Of a DNA stretch of 36,009 bases, positions 35,675 to 36,009 are shown in pieces. A model generated the notes under the pieces. It saw only the letters and a program-made list of their open reading frames with translations, had not been told where the DNA came from and searched no databases. This DNA is from an archaeon (GTDB taxonomy: Archaea; Nanobdellota; Nanobdellia; Pacearchaeales; GW2011-AR1). A program made the position numbers and the translations under genes. The stretch's first letter is position 1. Each line of letters begins with the position of its first letter. The stretch covers positions 1 to 36,009 of the forward strand of contig JBDRNU010000009.1 in the NCBI GenBank assembly GCA_043810775.1, in the 5' to 3' direction.

Positions 35675-36009
35675 ATGGGATTAATGAATGGAAGAAAATT
35701 GAAGAAAAACAGGAGAAAAGATAGATGGCATGATGTCAAATTTAAGAGAAAGACTTTAAATTTATACAGCAAATCTGATCCTTTAGAAGGCGCTTCTCAA
35801 GCTAAGGGAATTGTACTGGAAAAAGTCCAAAAAGAGGCTAAGCAACCAAATTCAGCTATGAGAAAATGCTGCAAGGTTCAGCTAATTAAGAATAGCAAGC
35901 AAGTTACTGCTTTTATTCCTGGAAATCTTGCACAGAAGTTTATAGATGAACATGATGAGGTATTAATAGAGAGAATTGGGGGCAAGCAAGGAAGGTCTAA
36001 AGGAGATAT
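35675..36009 (+). CDS. rps12: 30S ribosomal protein uS12 (archaeal), 3'-truncated by window edge; absent from the ORF track
   Basis: [18 protein letters not shown]...[16 protein letters not shown]...[10 protein letters not shown]...[10 protein letters not shown]. Confidence 0.96.
   Translation, partial: MGLMNGRKLKKNRRKDRWHDVKFKRKTLNLYSKSDPLEGASQAKGIVLEKVQKEAKQPNSAMRKCCKVQLIKNSKQVTAFIPGNLAQKFIDEHDEVLIERIGGKQGRSKGD

Overview
AT-rich, gene-dense archaeal chromosomal segment, most likely from a DPANN archaeon. The Pacearchaeota/Woesearchaeota-like assignment is inferred from the unsplit, divergent RpoB, the fused RpoA'/A'', an intron-containing tRNA and archaeal TATA promoters. In order it holds: (1) a Phe/Tyr terminal-pathway operon (pheA, tyrA, and a chorismate mutase that looks like the fungal/plant Aro7 type); (2) htpX and lemA separated by a B12 radical SAM gene, an HD nucleotidase and orphans; (3) a redox/Fe-S cluster (ferredoxin, HTH regulator, iscS, cysE, DUF1858, iscU, glutaredoxin, hemerythrin-like); (4) a five-gene surface-appendage cluster (type IV pilin, two paralogous secreted beta-proteins, a chaperone-like anchored protein, a Cys-rich anchored protein); (5) an NrdR-controlled deoxynucleotide locus with tandem NrdR boxes, class II RNR, a thymidylate-synthase-fold enzyme with altered active-site residues, an orphan ParB/Srx-motif protein, a HAD phosphatase and a dCMP deaminase; (6) thioredoxin, tRNA-Lys(UUU) with a 49-nt intron, and rpoH-rpoB-rpoA-nusA-rps12. 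A short hairpin family (CARAAANC-N3-GNTTTYTG) recurs in intergenic DNA, in the tRNA intron and in-frame inside a CDS. All calls come from motif recognition by eye; no database searches were run.
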